From Burkholderiales bacterium (GTDB lineage Bacteria; Pseudomonadota; Gammaproteobacteria; Burkholderiales; SG8-39), in assembly GCA_035627155.1 (NCBI GenBank), contig DASPMF010000296.1, forward strand, positions 15,335 through 79,334: a stretch of DNA of 64,000 nt. Reading direction: 5' to 3'. The translations under genes were made by a program, and so were the position numbers. The notes under the pieces were generated by a model. The model saw nothing but the letters and a program-made list of their open reading frames with translations. It was not told the origin of the DNA and made no database searches. Shown one piece after another: positions 39,566 to 49,458 of the stretch (the first letter of the stretch is position 1; each line of letters opens with the position of its first letter).

Positions 39566-40074
39566 CGCGCAGCGCGCGTATCGGACGGGACGAGCAGGCT
39601 TTCGATCTGCGCGCGAACGGCCGCGCTCGACCAGTCGAGCTCCCCGAAATGGCGGTAGCGCATCCGGCCGTCCGGGGCGACGACGAAGGTTGCGGGAAGG
39701 ACCCTCGCCCCCCAGGCGCGGGTCACCGTGGTATCCCGGTCGAGCAGGATCGTGAACCGCACCGGAAGGCTCGCGGCATATTCGCGCGCCACCCGCTCGC
39801 TTTCTCCCACGTTGACGGCAAGGATGGCGAACGGCCGGCCCGCCATCTGGGCGCGCAAGCGCTCGATGCTCGGCATTTCCGCACGGCAGGGCCCGCACCA
39901 AGTGGCCCAGAAGTTCACCAGGACGACCTGGCCTTTGTAGTCCTGGAGGCGGTGCACGTTGCCCTCCAGGTCTTTCAGCTCCAGCGGGGGCGGCACGCCG
40001 CCCGACGGCTGGAGCGGCTGCGCGACGGCGACCGACGCGGCAAGCAGGAAGATGGCGAGGGCAGCGCGAGCCAC
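39562..40074 (-). CDS. TlpA-family periplasmic thiol:disulfide oxidoreductase
   Basis: GTG start. The signal peptide is (M)ARAALAIFLLAASVAVA. The thioredoxin motif is VNFWATWCGPCRAEMP. Confidence 0.9.
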   Translation of the reverse strand: MARAALAIFLLAASVAVAQPLQPSGGVPPPLELKDLEGNVHRLQDYKGQVVLVNFWATWCGPCRAEMPSIERLRAQMAGRPFAILAVNVGESERVAREYAASLPVRFTILLDRDTTVTRAWGARVLPATFVVAPDGRMRYRHFGELDWSSAAVRAQIESLLVPSDTRAAR

Positions 40075-40115
40075 GCATCGAATGTACCGGAAAACAACTC
40101 CTATAATCCGCGCGC

Positions 40116-40697
40116 ATGACGCTGCCCGAATTCCTCAGGCTCGCGCCACGCGGCGACCTGTGGATCTTCGGCTACGGCTCGCTCATGTGGTCGCCCGGCT
40201 TTCGCTGCAGCGAGAAGTCGCCGGCGAAGGTGCACGGCTATCACCGCTCGCTGTGCGTGTACTCGCACCGCTATCGCGGCACGAAAGCACGCCCGGGCCT
40301 CGTCATGGGCCTTTGCCGCGGCGGCTCGTGCTGGGGCATGGCCTTCCGCATCGCCGCGCACCAGGCGCCTCGCGTCCTCGCCAACCTGTGGCGGCGGGAG
40401 ATGCGCAACCGCGTGTATGAAGCGCGCTTCGTCCCGGCGCGCATCCGCGGCGGCCGGCGCGTGCAGGCGCTCGCCTTCGTCGCGGATCCGATCCATGCCC
40501 AGTTTGCCGGCGACCTGAGCCTGCGCAGGACCGCCGAGCTCGTGCTGCAGGGGCGCGGCGAGCGCGGGCGGAACCTCGACTACGTCAGCTCCACGATCGC
40601 GCACATGCACGAGCTCGGGTTGCGCGACCCCCACCTCGATCGCATCCTGCTGGCGGTGCTTTCTCTCCAGGCCCGGCGGCGGGCGAAAGGCGCCTAG
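40116..40697 (+). CDS. chaC: ChaC-family gamma-glutamylcyclotransferase
   Basis: The protein reads LWIFGYGSLMWSPGF...VHGYHRSLCVYS...RGTKARPGLVMGL, the ChaC signature. Confidence 0.88.
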   Translation: MTLPEFLRLAPRGDLWIFGYGSLMWSPGFRCSEKSPAKVHGYHRSLCVYSHRYRGTKARPGLVMGLCRGGSCWGMAFRIAAHQAPRVLANLWRREMRNRVYEARFVPARIRGGRRVQALAFVADPIHAQFAGDLSLRRTAELVLQGRGERGRNLDYVSSTIAHMHELGLRDPHLDRILLAVLSLQARRRAKGA

Positions 40698-41839
40698 CCG
40701 CGCGCCTTCGCGACTGCAGCGGCCATGCGCTGGAGCGCATCCCCCAGGCGGCTTCGCTGCGTACCGAAGTTGAGCCGCACAAATCGCGGCGCGCCGAACT
40801 GCGCACCCGGGGAAAGGGCGAGGCCATGGGAAAGGAAATGCTGCGCAGGGTCCTCGACCGCCAAGGGCGTGCAATCGATCCATGCGAGGTAGGTCGCTTC
40901 GACGTGCGCAGCGCCGAGACCCATGGCTTGCAGTGCCTGCTCGACCGCGTCGCGGTTGGTGCGCAAGTAGGCGACCTGTGCGGCGAGCCAGTCATCGGCC
41001 TCGCGGTAGGCGGCGAGCGCGGCCACATAGCCGAAAACGGAAGGGCCGGGGAGCGCGTGCGCCTGCAGGTCGGCCGAGAATGCGCGCCGCAGCGCCGGAT
41101 CCTCGATGATCGCCCACGCGCAGCCCGCGGCCGGGAAGTTGAAGGCCTTGTTGGGCGACATGAGCGTGACGGTGCGCCGGCAGACCGAAGGATCGAGGCT
41201 GGCGATCGGCACGTGCCGCCGGCCCGGCTCGAGGACCAGGTCGCAGTGGATCTCATCGGAGATGATCAGCGCATCGCCGGATGCGCTCGCGAGGTCCGTG
41301 AGCTCCTGCCGCGTGAACACCGTGCCGCCGGGATTCTGCGGATTGCAAAGGAAGAAAAGCCGCGTGCGGGGTCCGACGGCCGCCCGGAACGCGTCGAGGT
41401 CGTACACCCAGCGGCCGCGATCGAGGACGAGCGGCACGTCGGTTCGGCGTCGCGGCGCAAGCTCGGGGGCGCGCGTCAGGTGGTGGTAAACGGGCGTGGG
41501 CACGACGACGTGGTCGTCGGCGCTGCTCAGCGTTCGCGCCGCATGGTGCAGCCCAGGCACCACGCCGGGCAGGAAAACAATCCACTCCGGCTCGATGCGC
41601 CACCCATAGAGCCGCGCCGCGCGCTCCACGATTGCCTCGCGGAGCTGCGGCGGCGCGCCTGTGTAACCCAGGACGCCGTGCTCCACGCGCGCAAGCAGCG
41701 CCTGCAGGACGCTCGGCGGGGCCCTGAAGTCCGTGTCGGCCACCCAGAGCGGAATGACGTCGGTGCCGGCATGCCGGTCCCATCGCATGCTCCACGTTCC
41801 AGCACGGTCGACGCGGACATCGAAATCGAAGGCGCTCAA
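40694..41839 (-). CDS. MalY/PatB-type PLP C-S lyase (cystathionine beta-lyase-like aminotransferase)
   Basis: The protein reads ...FDFDVRVDRAGTWSMRWD..., LCNPQNPGG, and PLP Lys in MSPNKAFNFPA. I chose the TTG at 41839 as the start, because it overlaps the MBL stop as TTGA. The ORF track allows GTG at 41875. Confidence 0.85.
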   Translation of the reverse strand: MSAFDFDVRVDRAGTWSMRWDRHAGTDVIPLWVADTDFRAPPSVLQALLARVEHGVLGYTGAPPQLREAIVERAARLYGWRIEPEWIVFLPGVVPGLHHAARTLSSADDHVVVPTPVYHHLTRAPELAPRRRTDVPLVLDRGRWVYDLDAFRAAVGPRTRLFFLCNPQNPGGTVFTRQELTDLASASGDALIISDEIHCDLVLEPGRRHVPIASLDPSVCRRTVTLMSPNKAFNFPAAGCAWAIIEDPALRRAFSADLQAHALPGPSVFGYVAALAAYREADDWLAAQVAYLRTNRDAVEQALQAMGLGAAHVEATYLAWIDCTPLAVEDPAQHFLSHGLALSPGAQFGAPRFVRLNFGTQRSRLGDALQRMAAAVAKARG

Positions 41840-42609
41840 TCGAGCCTCGCGGCCATCCCTTGAAGGCCGTCGCACGCCGGGTATCTTTCCAGGACGAGCG
41901 GATCATGGCCGGGAATGATGTGCGCCGGCGAATCCGCCAGGGCGCGTACCTTCTCGTAGCCGGCAAGCATGTCGGGAACCGACCACACGATCGGATAGGG
42001 CCGCGCCTGCTCGATGTTGGCGTAGAAGTGGCTAGCGTCCGAGGCGAGCACCAGCCAGCCGCGACGGGTGCGTACCCGGACGACCTGCAGGCCCATCGTA
42101 TGTCCGCCAATCAGGTGCACGGAAATACCCGGAAAGAGTTCCGCATCGCCGTCCTGAAAGCGCACCCGGCCCGCGTACGCGCGTCGCACCAGGCCGACGA
42201 CGTCCTCGACGTCGAAGGCGCCGCGGTGGCGCGACTCGGCCATTCCGCGACCCGTCGCGAAGCGCATCTCGAGATCCTGCAGGTGGAACGTTGCCGCAGG
42301 GAAAAGCTCGAAGTTGCCGACGTGGTCGTAGTGCAGGTGCGTGATGATGACGTCGCGAACCGTCTCCGGCCGGGCGCCGAGCGCGCGCAGCCCGTCGCCC
42401 GGGCAGCGCAGGTGCTCGCGCCGGCGCCGCTTCGCCACCGCTGCGGAAAACCCGGTGTCCACCGCGATGTCACCGGAGGGCCCGCGCACCAGCCAGACGA
42501 AATAGTCGAGGGGCATCGGGCCGTCGTGCGGGTCGCCGTGCAGGAAGTTCTCCGCCGCACGTCGCTCGTGCCGAGCGTACTTGATCGCGTAGACCTCGTG
42601 CACGCTCAC
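41836..42609 (-). CDS. MBL-fold metallo-hydrolase (N-acyl-homoserine-lactonase-like subfamily)
   Basis: The GTG start overlaps the tyrS stop (GTGA). The HxHxDH motif is [11 protein letters not shown], followed by ...HLIGGHTMG...PGHD. Confidence 0.88.
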   Translation of the reverse strand: MSVHEVYAIKYARHERRAAENFLHGDPHDGPMPLDYFVWLVRGPSGDIAVDTGFSAAVAKRRRREHLRCPGDGLRALGARPETVRDVIITHLHYDHVGNFELFPAATFHLQDLEMRFATGRGMAESRHRGAFDVEDVVGLVRRAYAGRVRFQDGDAELFPGISVHLIGGHTMGLQVVRVRTRRGWLVLASDASHFYANIEQARPYPIVWSVPDMLAGYEKVRALADSPAHIIPGHDPLVLERYPACDGLQGMAARLD

Positions 42610-43805
42610 GCGATGCGGATCCGCGCCATCTTCCTCTTGCCCGCCTGCAGCACGAAGGACGCCCCCGCCGCCAACCGCAGCGCGCGGTCCGACACCACGT
42701 TGCCGTCCATCTTCACCCCGCCCTGCTCGATGAGGCGTTGCGCCTCCGAGGTGCTGGGCACGAGGCCCGCCTGCTTGAGGGCCTGGGTGATCGGCAGCCC
42801 GCCCGGGGGCGCCTGCAGGTTGAATTCAGGCAGATCCTCGGGAATCTGGCCGTGGCGGAAGCGCTGCTCGAACGCGGTTTCGGCGCTCTCGGCGGCAGCC
42901 GCGCCGTGGAAGCGGGCGACGATCTCCTTGGCGAAGAGCACCTTGACCTCGCGCGGGTTGCGGCCGCCTTCCACCTCCTCCTTCCACTTGCGCACCGCGG
43001 CGAGGGGCTGGAAGGACAACAGCTCGACGTAGCGCCACATCAGCGCATCCGAGATGGACATCAGCTTGCCGAACATCTCCCGGGGCGCTTCCGCGATCCC
43101 GACGTAGTTCCCCAGCGACTTGGACATCTTGTCGCGGCCATCGAGGCCCTCGAGGAGCGGCATGGTCAGGATGCACTGCGGCTCCTGGCCGAAATCCTTC
43201 TGCAGCTCGCGTCCCACCAGCAGGTTGAACTTCTGGTCGGTACCGCCAAGCTCGACGTCGGCCTTCATCGCGACCGAGTCGTAGCCCTGCATCAGCGGGT
43301 AGAGAAGCTCGTGCACGGCGATGGGCTGGTTGCTGCGGAAGCGCTTGCTGAAATCGTCGCGCTCGAGGAGGCGCGCCACCGTGTAGCGCGAGGCGAGCCG
43401 GATCATGCCCTCCGCGCCGAGCTTGTCCGACCACTCCGAGTTGAAGAGGATGTCGGTCTTCTCCGGATCGAGGATCCTGAAGACCTGCTCCCGGTAGGTC
43501 TGCGCGTTCTTCAGGATCTCCTCGCGCGTCAGCGGCGGGCGCGTCTGGTTCTTCCCTGTCGGGTCGCCGATCATCCCGGTGAAATCGCCGATCAGGAACT
43601 GGACCTGGTGGCCGAGCTCCTGGAAGTGGCGCAGCTTGTTGATGACGACCGTATGACCCAGGTGCAAGTCGGGCGCCGTCGGGTCGAGCCCGAGCTTGAT
43701 GCGCAGCTTGCGCCCCGTCGCCAGCTTGCGAGCGAGCTCCTCCGCGACGATCAGCTCGTCGCAGCCCCGACGAATGGTCTCAATGGCCTGTTGGATGGAA
43801 GACAT
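42606..43805 (-). CDS. tyrS: Tyrosine-tRNA ligase (type 2, TyrZ-like)
   Basis: ORF 42606..43856 trimmed to the ATG at 43805 ([19 protein letters not shown]). HIGH appears as LHLGHTV, and KMSKS is present. There is a C-terminal S4 domain. Confidence 0.96.
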   Translation of the reverse strand: MSSIQQAIETIRRGCDELIVAEELARKLATGRKLRIKLGLDPTAPDLHLGHTVVINKLRHFQELGHQVQFLIGDFTGMIGDPTGKNQTRPPLTREEILKNAQTYREQVFRILDPEKTDILFNSEWSDKLGAEGMIRLASRYTVARLLERDDFSKRFRSNQPIAVHELLYPLMQGYDSVAMKADVELGGTDQKFNLLVGRELQKDFGQEPQCILTMPLLEGLDGRDKMSKSLGNYVGIAEAPREMFGKLMSISDALMWRYVELLSFQPLAAVRKWKEEVEGGRNPREVKVLFAKEIVARFHGAAAAESAETAFEQRFRHGQIPEDLPEFNLQAPPGGLPITQALKQAGLVPSTSEAQRLIEQGGVKMDGNVVSDRALRLAAGASFVLQAGKRKMARIRIA

Positions 43806-43874
43806 TGTTGGTTTGAAGGCCGCGCCTTCTTTGCTAGACTGCGGCCGAACGATCACCCAAGATTCTGAAAATCA

Positions 43875-45143
43875 ATGAATTTTAGCGGAAGCACCGGACC
43901 CCGGCGGCTGCTCGTCAAGGCGGTGGCCGTGCTCGTGCTCGCCGCATCCGGCGTGGTCGCCTTCGCCACCATCGCCCCGGACCCGCACGCCGAGCTCGCG
44001 CAGATCACGCGCGCTTCGGTGGAACCGATTCCCATTCATCCGGACCAGGTTCTGGAAACGCCCGAGGCCTATGTCGCCGAGGAGCGCTACCAGCGCGGCG
44101 ATACGCTTGCGGCGTTCCTCGCGCGCCTTGGCATCGCGGAACCGGAAGCGGCGAAGCTCGCGCGCCTGCGGGCCGTGCAGCAGCTGCGCCCCGGGACGTT
44201 CGTGCGGGCCGAGATCGGCGACGACGGCCTTCCGCGCACGGTGAGCTTCCTCACAGGGCGCGACAGCCTGATGCAGATCGTCGCGCAAGGCGAGGGACCG
44301 GCCCTGGAATACCACGCCGGCGAGGTCGCCTCTCCGCTGCAGCAGCGGGTCGCCATGAAATCGGGGACGATCCGCTCGTCGCTCTTCGCCGCGACGGATG
44401 CCGCGGGCATTCCCGATGCGGTCGGGATGCAGATCGCCGACATTTTCGGTGGCGACGTGGACTTTCACCGTGACCTCCGCAAGGGAGACCGCTTCGCGGT
44501 CGTGTACGAGGAGCACCATTTCGCCGGCACGCCGGTGCGCGCCGGCCGCGTTCTCGCCGCCGAGTTCACGAACAACGGCCGCACGTTCCGGGCGGTCCTC
44601 TACGGCAAGAGCTACTACACACCCGAAGGGAAGAACCTCCGCAAGGCGTTCCTGCGCTCGCCGCTCGAGTTTTCCCGCGTTTCGTCCGGCTTCGGCATGC
44701 GGCGCCATCCGATCGCGCATTCCTGGCGCGCGCACAAGGGCATCGACTACGCAGCGCCGATGGGCACGAGGGTACGCGCGGTGGGCGATGGCATCGTCGA
44801 ATTCGCGGGCAAGAAGGGCGGCTACGGCAACGTGGTGATCCTGCGCCACCACGGCCAGTACGCCACGCTTTACGCGCACCTCAGCCGCATCGACGTCAAG
44901 CGCGGCGAGCGGGTCATGCAGAACGATTCCATCGGCAGCGTGGGGCGCACCGGCTGGGCGACGGGCCCGCATCTGCACTATGAGTTCCGCGTTGCCGGCG
45001 AGGCGCGCAATCCCTTCTCCATCGCGATGCCCGCGGCGCTCCCCGTGCCGCCGCAGGAGATGGCGCTCTTCCGCGAGCACGCCGAACCGCTTGCCGCGCG
45101 GCTCGAGCTGCTCGCGAACAGCAACCTGGCGCTGCTCGAGTAA
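43875..45143 (+). CDS. M23-family peptidoglycan DD-metalloendopeptidase (MepM-like)
   Basis: N-terminal TM anchor. The M23 core reads HKGIDYAAPMGTRVRAVGDGIV...GNVVILRH...TLYAHLS...TGPHLHYEF. It is divergent from tyrS. Confidence 0.9.
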   Translation: MNFSGSTGPRRLLVKAVAVLVLAASGVVAFATIAPDPHAELAQITRASVEPIPIHPDQVLETPEAYVAEERYQRGDTLAAFLARLGIAEPEAAKLARLRAVQQLRPGTFVRAEIGDDGLPRTVSFLTGRDSLMQIVAQGEGPALEYHAGEVASPLQQRVAMKSGTIRSSLFAATDAAGIPDAVGMQIADIFGGDVDFHRDLRKGDRFAVVYEEHHFAGTPVRAGRVLAAEFTNNGRTFRAVLYGKSYYTPEGKNLRKAFLRSPLEFSRVSSGFGMRRHPIAHSWRAHKGIDYAAPMGTRVRAVGDGIVEFAGKKGGYGNVVILRHHGQYATLYAHLSRIDVKRGERVMQNDSIGSVGRTGWATGPHLHYEFRVAGEARNPFSIAMPAALPVPPQEMALFREHAEPLAARLELLANSNLALLE

Positions 45144-46346
45144 TCAGCGGTACAGCAGGAACGGCTCGCGCTCGGCGCGCCAGCTCTCTTCATCCGCTTT
45201 CGCCATGCGCTCGAGATCGGCCGGCGTGGCGTGCGCGTCGTCCACCCATTCCCGCAAGAGCGGGCCGCCGTTGATGAGGTCGATGGCCAGTCGGTCATGC
45301 TCGTACTCGTAGGGGAAATCGCGCCAGAGCGCGTAGTCCGGACGCAGCCGCCTGAGCGCCTTGAATGCGAGCGCCACGAGGCGCCAGGGCCGGAACCGCT
45401 CGTGCAGGTAGCCCCGGTCATCGACGTGGATCTGCAGCCCGCCGCAAAGCTTTCCGGCGTGCTTGTGGAACGTCGGCTCGAACCAGCATTCGCGCAGGCC
45501 GCATCCGTGCAGCCAGTCGGGCGCCTGGGCACGCATTTCCCGCAGCAGCGCCCGCGGATCGATGTCCGGCGCGCCGAAGAGCTCCAGCGGCCGGGTCGTC
45601 CCGCGCCCTTCCGAAAGCGTCGTCCCCTCCAGCATCACGGTGCCGGCATAGCAGCGCGCCATCGACACATTCGGTGCATTCGGACTGGGGTTGACCCATG
45701 ACCGGTCCGCCGGCCAGCCGTACCCCGGGGCGGCGGCAGGGTTCCACCCTTCCATCGGGATCGCACGCCAATCGACGTCCAGCTTCAGGGTCCTGACGAA
45801 CCAGTCCGCGAGCTCGGCCATGGTGAGGCCGTGCCGCATGGGCAACGGCCCGGCACCCACGAAGCTTTCCCAGCCACCACGCAGGCGCATTCCCTCCGCC
45901 GGACGGCCCGCAGGATTCGGACGGTCGAGGACCCATACCGCCTTGCCATGAGCCGCCGCCGCCTCCAGCACATAGCGCAAGGTGGTGATGAAGGTGTAGA
46001 TGCGGCAGCCGAGGTCCTGCAGGTCAACCAGCAGGACGTCGAAGGACTCCAGCATCTGCGCCGTCGGCCGGCGCACTTCTCCGTACAGGCTGAAGACCGG
46101 GATGCGATGGTCCGGATCCAGGAAATCGGGTGACTCCACCATGTTGTCCTGCTTGTCGCCGCGCAAGCCGTGCTGCGGCCCGAAGGCCGCGCTCAGACGC
46201 ACACCGGGCAGCGCGGCAAGCGCATCCAGCGAGTGCTCGAGCCCGTTCGTCACCGAAGCGGGGTGGGCGAGCAGCGCAACACGCTTTCCGGCGAGCGGAC
46301 GCTGCAAGGCGGGATCGGACACCAGCCGGTCAATCCCGAATTTCAT
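45144..46346 (-). CDS. DUF1343-family protein (NamZ-like exo-beta-N-acetylmuramidase family)
   Basis: The protein reads [32 protein letters not shown]...FGPQHGLRGD...DLQDLGCRIYTFITTL...RPNP. The family call is from motif memory. Confidence 0.88.
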   Translation of the reverse strand: MKFGIDRLVSDPALQRPLAGKRVALLAHPASVTNGLEHSLDALAALPGVRLSAAFGPQHGLRGDKQDNMVESPDFLDPDHRIPVFSLYGEVRRPTAQMLESFDVLLVDLQDLGCRIYTFITTLRYVLEAAAAHGKAVWVLDRPNPAGRPAEGMRLRGGWESFVGAGPLPMRHGLTMAELADWFVRTLKLDVDWRAIPMEGWNPAAAPGYGWPADRSWVNPSPNAPNVSMARCYAGTVMLEGTTLSEGRGTTRPLELFGAPDIDPRALLREMRAQAPDWLHGCGLRECWFEPTFHKHAGKLCGGLQIHVDDRGYLHERFRPWRLVALAFKALRRLRPDYALWRDFPYEYEHDRLAIDLINGGPLLREWVDDAHATPADLERMAKADEESWRAEREPFLLYR

Positions 46347-46854
46347 CGAGCCTCATTGCAAATGCATCCGGGTGGTGGAAATCGGGCTTGCCCGGCGCGT
46401 GACGCAACGCCCAGTACGCAAGCCCGCCGGCCTCCTCGATTACGGCCGACAACGCGAGGACAGCATCTTCCGGTGCGGGGATCTCGCATTCAAGTACCCA
46501 GTCGCCGGCGAGGGTGGACGTCCTTACCTGCAACGGCTCCTCGAGCTTGGTACGCCCCGAGCGATACGCATCGAAGCGATAGGCGGCGTACTCCCCGGAG
46601 GGGGAGAAGTTGAACTCGTGGTACGACGGTCCTTGTGCCCGGGTGAACGCCTCGAAGCAGGTACCCTGCCACAGGTCGTCCGCGAAGGTGGGCGGACGGA
46701 GCGCCGGAATGCGCACCTTGGCGAGATCGCCCTGTAGGCGGTAGGCAAGCGCAAGCCGACCCGCGGGCCTGCGCTCGATGCGGACTTCGATGCGCTCGAC
46801 CGCCCGGCAGGGCGAGTCGGGATGGGGAACTAGACGGAGAACGACGAACCGCAA
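46330..46854 (-). CDS. Hypothetical protein (possibly a DOMON/CBM9-like beta-sandwich; unverified)
   Basis: A 174-aa ORF with a TTG start that overlaps the erpA 3' end by 25 nt and the DUF1343 start by 17 nt. The composition looks protein-like ([19 protein letters not shown]). No catalytic motif was recognised. Confidence 0.55.
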   Translation of the reverse strand: MRFVVLRLVPHPDSPCRAVERIEVRIERRPAGRLALAYRLQGDLAKVRIPALRPPTFADDLWQGTCFEAFTRAQGPSYHEFNFSPSGEYAAYRFDAYRSGRTKLEEPLQVRTSTLAGDWVLECEIPAPEDAVLALSAVIEEAGGLAYWALRHAPGKPDFHHPDAFAMRLDEIRD

Positions 46855-47180
46855 CCGCAGGTGCTCTGCGCGTTGGGGTTCTTGATGACGAACTGCGCGC
46901 CCTCGAGGCCTTCCTGATAGTCGATCTCGGCGCCCGTCAGGTACTGGTAGCTCATCGGGTCGATGAGCAACCGCACGCCGTTCTTCTCCATCACGGCGTC
47001 GTCCTCGTTCTGCACTTCGTCGAACGTGAAGCCGTACTGGAATCCGGAGCAGCCGCCGCCGGTGACGAAGACCCGCAGCTTGAGATCGGGGTTGCCTTCT
47101 TCCTCGATGAGGGACTTCACTTTGTTGGCCGCGCTGTCGGAGAAGACCAGCGGAACCGGCATTTCGGTGACTGCATTCAT
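46830..47180 (-). CDS. erpA: Iron-sulfur cluster insertion protein ErpA
   Basis: The protein reads ...[23 protein letters not shown]... and ends CGCGSSFSV. Confidence 0.95.
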   Translation of the reverse strand: MNAVTEMPVPLVFSDSAANKVKSLIEEEGNPDLKLRVFVTGGGCSGFQYGFTFDEVQNEDDAVMEKNGVRLLIDPMSYQYLTGAEIDYQEGLEGAQFVIKNPNAQSTCGCGSSFSV

Positions 47181-47212
47181 TCGTTTCGCTCCTGAGTCGA
47201 TCGGGCCCGGCG

Positions 47213-47611
47213 TCAGCCGCCCGAAGCCAGCTTCAGTTCCACGCCCTTCGCTTCCGCCGCGCGGTGCACCAGGCGGCCTTCCACCACCGCGCCCTGCTGG
47301 ATCTCGATGCTCTTGTAGTGCACGTCACCTTTGACCCGGGAGCTCGCCTGGAGTTCGAGGGTCTCGGTCGCGTGCACGGGACCGTTGATGGTGCCGTTCA
47401 CGACGATGTGGGCCGCCTGCACCTCGCCATCGATCCTCGCTTCCGAAGAAACGACCAGCGTGCCGGGCTGGTCGGCGACGCAGGCGACGTTGCCGCGGAC
47501 CATGCCGTCGACGCGAAGGCCGCCGGTGAAGATCACGTTGCCCTCGATGCGAGTCGTGGTACCTATGAGGCTGTCGATCCGGTTCTGCGGCTTGCTCGTC
47601 TTGTTGAACAT
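47213..47611 (-). CDS. Bactofilin (polymer-forming cytoskeletal protein)
   Basis: The protein reads [29 protein letters not shown]...[20 protein letters not shown]...[22 protein letters not shown], a beta-helical DUF583 repeat pattern. Confidence 0.9.
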   Translation of the reverse strand: MFNKTSKPQNRIDSLIGTTTRIEGNVIFTGGLRVDGMVRGNVACVADQPGTLVVSSEARIDGEVQAAHIVVNGTINGPVHATETLELQASSRVKGDVHYKSIEIQQGAVVEGRLVHRAAEAKGVELKLASGG

Positions 47612-47622
47612 CGTTCCCCTCC

Positions 47623-48378
47623 CTATCCGAGCGTGACCGAGTGCGTCGCCCGCGGCTGCGCCGCATTCCCTTCGTAGACGCGCACCTGCACGCTTTCGAC
47701 TTTCGCTTTCGGACTTACCCGGAAGGTCCCTTCGACCCTCTGGAAGTACTTGAATCCAAGCTTGAAAGCGCCTGCGCCGAGATCGCCCGGCTCAGGGAAG
47801 CTCATGATAGCACTGCGTCCCCCTTCCGTCAGGTTGACGGCGAGCTCGAGCCGTCCATGGAACTCGCGCTGCTGGCGCGTCGTCGGCGTAAGCAGAAGGA
47901 CGCGGTAGCGGTATTCCCCCGGCAACACGTCGGCCTCGACCTTGAAGCGGTGCACGGTAACCGTACTCACGTTGCGGGCTTCCGACGACAGCATGCTTTC
48001 GAAGGTCGCGAGCTCCTCTTTCAGCCGCGCGTTGTCCTTTTCCAGCACGCGGATCTGCTGCGCAAGGCTTTGCTGCGCGGAGCGCTCGATGGAAAGCCGG
48101 CTGTCCGCTGCGTCCGCAGTGGAACGCACGCGCGCGAGCTCGGTGCGGGCCTCTTCGAGCTGCGCGCGCACTACGCCGAGTTCCTGCTGCACCTCGCTGC
48201 GGTCGAACCCGGCGAACTGACGGCCGGCGTCGTAGATCCAGGCCGCCGACGCCGCCGAGATTCCGAGCAGCACGGCCACGCCAATCCACCGCCAGTACCA
48301 CGGAATGTGCGAGTGCACCGCAACCCGCGGCGCGGCGATGCCAAAGCGCTGACGCAGCTTCCAGAGCTTCCCGGCCAT
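47623..48378 (-). CDS. Membrane-anchored coiled-coil protein adjacent to bactofilin (DUF6776-like; family name from memory)
   Basis: It has one TM segment (WYWRWIGVAVLLGISAASAAWIY) and a coiled-coil (ELGVVRAQLEEARTELARVR...LEKDNARLKEELATFE). A beta-rich C-terminal domain follows. Confidence 0.7.
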   Translation of the reverse strand: MAGKLWKLRQRFGIAAPRVAVHSHIPWYWRWIGVAVLLGISAASAAWIYDAGRQFAGFDRSEVQQELGVVRAQLEEARTELARVRSTADAADSRLSIERSAQQSLAQQIRVLEKDNARLKEELATFESMLSSEARNVSTVTVHRFKVEADVLPGEYRYRVLLLTPTTRQQREFHGRLELAVNLTEGGRSAIMSFPEPGDLGAGAFKLGFKYFQRVEGTFRVSPKAKVESVQVRVYEGNAAQPRATHSVTLG

Positions 48379-48381
48379 TCT

Positions 48382-49419
48382 CTAAGGCACCACCGGAACG
48401 TGTTCGAGGCCGGTCGTCTCGGGCAAGCCGAACATGAGGTTCATGTTCTGCACGGCCTGGCCCGAGGCACCCTTCACCAGGTTGTCGATCACCGACAGGA
48501 CGACGAGCGTGTCGGAGCGGCTGCTCTCCGGAGGCCGGTGCACCGCGATCCGGCATGAATTGGCGGCCCGGACGGAACGCGTATCGGGATGGCTGCCGGC
48601 CGGCATGACATCGACGAACGGTTCATTCGCGTAGCGCTTCTCGAAGAGCGCCTGGAAATCGAGGTCCTTCCGGACGCGGGCATAGGCCGTGACATGGATG
48701 CCGCGGATGACCGGCAACAGGTGCGGCGTAAAGACGAGCCCGACGTCCTTCCTCGCAATGCGGGCGAGCTGCTCGCGAATCTCCGGCCAGTGCCGGTGCC
48801 CGGGAACGTTGTACGCGGCGAAGTTGTCCGAAGCCTCGGAGAAGGAAAGGTTCAGCTCGGCCTTGCGGCCCGCGCCGCTCACTCCGGATTTTGCGTCGGC
48901 GATCAGGTGCTCACCATCGACGCAATCGGCTTCGAGCAGCGGCAGGAACGCGAGCTGGGTGGCGGTCGGGTAGCACCCCGGGTTCGCCACCAGCCGTGCC
49001 GCGCGGATCCGCTCGCGGTTGATCTCGCAAAGCCCGTACACCGCCTCGCGCAGCAATTGCGGCGCGGTGTGCTTCATCTTGTACCAGCGCTCGAACTCCG
49101 CGAGATCCTGGAGCCGAAAATCAGCCGAGAGGTCGATGACCTTCGCGCCCGCCTCCAAGAGCGCCGGCGCTTCCGCCATGGCCACGCCGTGCGGGGTGGC
49201 GAAGAACACGACGTCGCAGCCGGCAAGGACCTTGGGGTTCGGCTCGGAGAACGCGAGGTCCACCTTGCGGCGCAGGCTCGGGAACATGGCCGCGACCGGC
49301 GTGCCGGCTTCCTTCCGGGAGGTGATGGCGCGCAGTTCCGTCCGCGGATGGGCCGCGAGCAGCCGCAGGAGCTCAACCCCCGTGTACCCCGTTCCACCGA
49401 CGATACCGACCTTGATCAC
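48382..49419 (-). CDS. argC: N-acetyl-gamma-glutamyl-phosphate reductase
   Basis: ORF 48382..49557 trimmed to the GTG at 49419, which has GGAGG upstream. The protein reads (M)[20 protein letters not shown]..., with active-site NPGCYPT and ...[20 protein letters not shown]. Confidence 0.95.
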   Translation of the reverse strand: MIKVGIVGGTGYTGVELLRLLAAHPRTELRAITSRKEAGTPVAAMFPSLRRKVDLAFSEPNPKVLAGCDVVFFATPHGVAMAEAPALLEAGAKVIDLSADFRLQDLAEFERWYKMKHTAPQLLREAVYGLCEINRERIRAARLVANPGCYPTATQLAFLPLLEADCVDGEHLIADAKSGVSGAGRKAELNLSFSEASDNFAAYNVPGHRHWPEIREQLARIARKDVGLVFTPHLLPVIRGIHVTAYARVRKDLDFQALFEKRYANEPFVDVMPAGSHPDTRSVRAANSCRIAVHRPPESSRSDTLVVLSVIDNLVKGASGQAVQNMNLMFGLPETTGLEHVPVVP

Positions 49420-49427
49420 CGAACCTC

Positions 49428-49458
49428 CAAAAAGCAAAAGCCGCCTCGCGGCGGCTTT
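49428..49458 (-). terminator. Hairpin plus U-tract after rpsI
   Basis: The reverse strand has AAAGCCGCC-GCGA-GGCGGCUUU followed by UGCUUUUU. It lies 26 nt after the rpsI stop and ends at the argC RBS. Confidence 0.6.

Noticed and set aside
43806-43874. A possible T-box or other leader upstream of tyrS, and a riboswitch upstream of metY (26245-26261)
   Set aside because: The spacers are only 69 nt and 17 nt and have no specifier or antiterminator-like structure. Only a short GAAGGC-CGC-GCCTTC hairpin is present upstream of tyrS.
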